DNA of 64,000 nucleotides from Alphaproteobacteria bacterium (GTDB lineage Bacteria; Pseudomonadota; Alphaproteobacteria; G965222575): NCBI GenBank assembly GCA_965222575.1, contig OZ244958.1, positions 216,072 to 280,071 of the forward strand, read 5' to 3'. Shown piece by piece: positions 60,526 to 64,000 of this stretch (position 1 is its first letter; each line of letters starts with the position of its first letter). The notes under the pieces were generated by a model. It saw only the letters and a program-made list of their open reading frames with translations, ran no database searches and was not told where the DNA came from. The position numbers and the translations under genes were made by a program.

Positions 60526-61686
60526 CTATTCAAAGACAGGGAGAGCCGTAATCGCTCCTAGCATTGAAATCACAATAAAGGCAATAAGGCCTCCTATACA
60601 GACTATGGCAACAGGCTCTGAGGCTTTGGCAAGAAGTTTTAGGTTTTCTCTTGTCTCATTACAGAGCTTGCGCCCTGCTTTTTGACACGCACTTGCAAGA
60701 TGCGAGGCTTCTTCCCCTACTCTAACAATTTGAAAAACATCGTAAGGCAGCCCTAGCGGTTCTAGGGCTTGCGCAAATCCACCGCCTCTTTTCAGCTGCT
60801 TCGATATGCGCTCACATTGCTTCCGTAAAAGTGTATTGCTAGGCACCAAAGACGCTTTAGATAAAGCCTCTGACAAAGAGAGACCATTCTCCAGTAACAG
60901 ACCTAATGTCTCTAAAAACGCCCCCATCTGAAAATGCACAACAAAGCGCTTGAAAACCGGCAAAGACAAAACAAGGACATGCAGTACCCTTTGAAAACTT
61001 CTGTTTCTACGAAAAAAATTAAAGGCCAACAGGACTCCTAGTGTGCCGAGTAATAGCACATACTTGTATCGTACCAAAAAATCACTAAATTGAAAGATGA
61101 CCTGAATATTCCAGCTACTATGAGCCGGTAAAAAACTCTTAAAAATCGGCACGACATACAAGCCTAGAACAAATAAAGACACAATAGAGACAAAAAAGAG
61201 AAAAGCGGGATACAGGAGATTTGCAAACAGCTCTTTTTTCAGGGTGCGCGTATAGGTGAAGTGTACATCCAAAGATTGAAGGGCTTTTGTCAAAGTGCCA
61301 GCCGCTTCAGCGGAATCAATCACTGCAACATACAAAGGCGGAAAAGACCCAACGGACTCAAAAGATTGCGCAAGACTTAACCCACTTGTAAGCCCTCCAT
61401 ACACCTGTTGTGCTAAGCGACTTAAGGACTTATCATGGGGTGCCTCCGCTAGCAATCGAAGGGCTGACTCACAAACAATACCGCTCTCTAAAAAAGCCCG
61501 CAAGGACTCCGTGAAACGCCCTAAGAGTTTAGGGGCTACATATCGTCCAGTACACACCTTCAAACTCAGAATGAACAGCTTCTTTTTCTTCAACAGGCGG
61601 CGACAGGCAGGCTCACTCTCACAGGCTAAAACACCACGAACCTTTTGTCCCGCAACATCAATGGCAACATAGGAAAATAACGCCAT
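60526..61686 (-). CDS. gspF: type II secretion / type IV pilus platform protein (GspF/PilC family)
   Basis: 386 aa with two GspF repeats and three TM segments. Confidence 0.75.
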   Translation of the reverse strand: MALFSYVAIDVAGQKVRGVLACESEPACRRLLKKKKLFILSLKVCTGRYVAPKLLGRFTESLRAFLESGIVCESALRLLAEAPHDKSLSRLAQQVYGGLTSGLSLAQSFESVGSFPPLYVAVIDSAEAAGTLTKALQSLDVHFTYTRTLKKELFANLLYPAFLFFVSIVSLFVLGLYVVPIFKSFLPAHSSWNIQVIFQFSDFLVRYKYVLLLGTLGVLLAFNFFRRNRSFQRVLHVLVLSLPVFKRFVVHFQMGAFLETLGLLLENGLSLSEALSKASLVPSNTLLRKQCERISKQLKRGGGFAQALEPLGLPYDVFQIVRVGEEASHLASACQKAGRKLCNETRENLKLLAKASEPVAIVCIGGLIAFIVISMLGAITALPVFE

Positions 61687-61687
61687 A

Positions 61688-63373
61688 CTATCCCATAATG
61701 CGTAACACTTCCTCTAAAGAAGTCTCCCCCCGCCCCACCGCCGCAAGCCCATAATCCAAAAATGTCCGATACCCCTCTTTCAGACCTTCCTGTACCAACT
61801 CTCCTTCCGTAGGAGAAGACAAAAGGCATTGCCTCAACCCATGAGTCATCACAAAAATCTCCCCAATAGCAAACCGCCCGCGATACCCTATCCCCTGACA
61901 ACTTTCACACCCCACCGCTTGACAGCCTCTCTCTAAAACCTCTGTATGGGTAAGCTCCTTAAGCCTTTCCAAAACAGAAGAATCAAAAACCTCCTCCCGC
62001 TTACAGTCCTCACAGAGCTTTCTCACAAGCCTCTGCGAGGTCGCCGCTTGAATTGTAGAAGCCATAATGTAATCCTTTACCCCCATATTCAATAGACGAA
62101 TTAGTGCTCCCGGTGCTGAGTTGGTATGGAGTGTCGACAACACAAGATGACCTGTGAGTGCGGCTTGTGCGGCTATGGTAGCTGTGTGAACATCCCGTAT
62201 CTCTCCTATCAGGATAATGTCCGGGTCGTGCCTCAAAATAGAGGGGAGTATATTGCGAAACGTCAATCCTGCCGCTTCATTAACCTGTACCTGTGTCAAC
62301 CCCTCTAACTGGTACTCCACGGGGTCTTCTACTGTGACGATTTTCTTCTCTAAAGACCATATCTTTTGTACCCCTCCATATAAAGTGGTGGTCTTCCCAG
62401 CACCCGTAGGGCCTGTCACAAGAATAAGACCATGACTCTTCTGTAAAGCCTGCACAAGACTCAAGCACATCGTCTTATCAAACCCTAAGGCTTCAAGGTC
62501 TAAAATGCGCTTCTCGGGATTTAAGAGCCGTAAAGAAATATCTTCCCCCTTAGAAGACGGAATAGTGCTCACGCGAATGTCTACTTTCTTAGACTGAACC
62601 ACTAAAGAAAACCCACCATCCTGCGGACGTCTTCTCTCTGCTATATCCAAGCGCGCCAAAATCTTCAGGCGTGACACAATGGCCGGATAGTCCTCCATGC
62701 GTAACACCTCTTGCCTGTGTAGCACCCCATCCACACGATAACGCACCTCTACCTCTTCCTCCCTAGGCTCTATATGCAAATCAGACGCATTCATCGCAAC
62801 CCCCGCTTTAATCAAATCATTCACCTTACGCACAATAGGGGCTTCAAAGGCTAAATCCTTCAAAGCCGTAGCATCTAAAACAGGAATTGCTTGTGCTTCC
62901 TTTGCTTCTTCACGAGATGCCGCAGGAAAATGTTTCGCCAAAAAATGCTGAATGTCCCCTCTAGTGGCTAGATAAATCTGTCCTTTGCGGGCTTTTTTGC
63001 GAATCATATCCACTAGCCCCTCGTCCTCCGGGTCGCTCAACACATACCCATAAACTGCCGACCCCGTTTTCTGACAGGTACGCTTAATAGGCAAAATATG
63101 ATTCGCCCGTAAAAAAGCAGGCGGTAACACAGTCTCCTTATGCACAACCCCTCTTCTATCCCAAATCTTATAGTCCGTCACTTGACAAAAAGCCTCATGG
63201 AGACTCGCTTCTTCAACAGCCCCCATCTCTACTAAAGAAGCCCCCAAAGGCTTGTGGGTATAAGAAGAAAGGGCGTAAGCCCCCTCAAGAGTTGTTCGAT
63301 GCAACGACACCTTCGCTAAAAGAGGCTCTAAAAAAGGGGGCCGTGGGCGCTCTTGCTTCAATCCCTTAAACAT
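61688..63373 (-). CDS. gspE: type II secretion ATPase GspE
   Basis: Walker A GPTGAGKT, Asp/His boxes and a tetracysteine motif CEDC...CESC. Confidence 0.85.
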   Translation of the reverse strand: MFKGLKQERPRPPFLEPLLAKVSLHRTTLEGAYALSSYTHKPLGASLVEMGAVEEASLHEAFCQVTDYKIWDRRGVVHKETVLPPAFLRANHILPIKRTCQKTGSAVYGYVLSDPEDEGLVDMIRKKARKGQIYLATRGDIQHFLAKHFPAASREEAKEAQAIPVLDATALKDLAFEAPIVRKVNDLIKAGVAMNASDLHIEPREEEVEVRYRVDGVLHRQEVLRMEDYPAIVSRLKILARLDIAERRRPQDGGFSLVVQSKKVDIRVSTIPSSKGEDISLRLLNPEKRILDLEALGFDKTMCLSLVQALQKSHGLILVTGPTGAGKTTTLYGGVQKIWSLEKKIVTVEDPVEYQLEGLTQVQVNEAAGLTFRNILPSILRHDPDIILIGEIRDVHTATIAAQAALTGHLVLSTLHTNSAPGALIRLLNMGVKDYIMASTIQAATSQRLVRKLCEDCKREEVFDSSVLERLKELTHTEVLERGCQAVGCESCQGIGYRGRFAIGEIFVMTHGLRQCLLSSPTEGELVQEGLKEGYRTFLDYGLAAVGRGETSLEEVLRIMG

Positions 63374-63781
63374 TCACCAATTCCCTATGTCTTCCGCAAT
63401 ATCACTCCCCCCCTCCTTCCCATCAGCCCCAAAGGAAAATAAGTCATAATCCACCCCTACAACACCGGGATACTTATAAATATAGTCCTGTCCCCAAGGG
63501 TCTTTCGGAATAGAAATCTCCTTTATATAAGGACCAAACCACCCTGCTGCACCGTCAGGCTTCATAATCAACGCCTTCAACCCCTCTTCTGAGGAAGGAT
63601 ACCGCCCCGTATCAAGATGGTAAATATCCAACGCACTTGATAAAAGCTTGACTTGTAGCTTCGCAGCTCTCATTTTCGATTGATCCAGTTGGGAAAATAA
63701 ACGCGGCGTCACCATCACAGCTAAAACTGCTATAATCGCCACCACAATCATCATCTCAATAAAGGTAAACCCCTTAAACAT
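63374..63781 (-). CDS. gspG: type II secretion major pseudopilin GspG
   Basis: Prepilin leader MFKGFTFIEMMIVVAII and GspG signature DPWGQDY...FSFGADGKEGGSDIAEDIGNW. Confidence 0.85.
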   Translation of the reverse strand: MFKGFTFIEMMIVVAIIAVLAVMVTPRLFSQLDQSKMRAAKLQVKLLSSALDIYHLDTGRYPSSEEGLKALIMKPDGAAGWFGPYIKEISIPKDPWGQDYIYKYPGVVGVDYDLFSFGADGKEGGSDIAEDIGNW

Positions 63782-64000
63782 GAACTCTTAAACTCCTATC
63801 AACAGGAGGCATTGTGTTTTTAACAGAGCTATTATGGTACAACATGAACAGTGCCTCTTAAAGGATGAATGTATAAAATCCTTTTTTTGCCCCTATTTTT
63901 GATTTCTAACGCCCCCGCTGTTGCCGTTCCAGAAGGATACAAATAGGTAAAAAGATGCCCCTCAAGATAAGGGGAAGGCGGGGGGTACAAAAGCCCCACC

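Overview
This 64-kb window looks like part of an alphaproteobacterial chromosome with a mitochondria-like core: cytochrome bc1 (petABC), succinate dehydrogenase (sdhCDAB), a Cbp3-like ubiquinol-cytochrome c chaperone, and the gene orders ftsB-pdhA and rpmF-plsX-fabH. Most genes lie on the minus strand and are tightly packed, often with ATGA or 4-bp overlaps. The conserved housekeeping blocks are: (1) pdhA(partial)-ftsB-fabZ-skp-bamA-rseP-dxr-cdsA-uppS-frr-pyrH-tsf-rpsB; (2) sdhCDAB; (3) guaA-gshB-rpmG and fabH-plsX-rpmF; (4) dnaE-thiF-coaBC-fabG; (5) trxB, gyrB and three tRNAs (Gly-GCC, Leu-CAG, Tyr-GTA). Embedded among these housekeeping blocks are three accessory loci. The first (24.7-30.7 kb) is a compact Ysc-family type III secretion operon: sctW (YopN/TyeA-like gatekeeper), a SycN-like chaperone, sctX, sctY, sctV, sctD and the needle gene sctF, with sdhCDAB starting 62 bp downstream. 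No other T3SS core genes are in the window, so the system appears split. The second locus (15.5-21.4 kb), beside tRNA-Gly and about 5 kb from the T3SS operon, is a tandem array of four highly repetitive proline- and tyrosine-rich proteins with no signal peptides. They carry dense eukaryote-type short linear motifs (LPPPP, PPxY, nine Y-[VI]-N motifs, PxxPxR), and a secreted alpha/beta-hydrolase follows them. These are strong candidates for translocated effectors. The third locus (55.5-57.6 kb) holds two mosaic paralogous secreted proteins; one of them has about 22 copies of a 15-bp tandem repeat in its 5' leader. Other features are a GspG-GspE-GspF type II secretion block, a roughly 60-bp minisatellite upstream of rpmG, and a 1.8-kb non-coding region full of a dispersed hairpin-containing repeat. 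Several homopolymeric tracts prone to slippage lie in or next to coding sequence. lpxD and lpxA are missing from their usual positions around fabZ.
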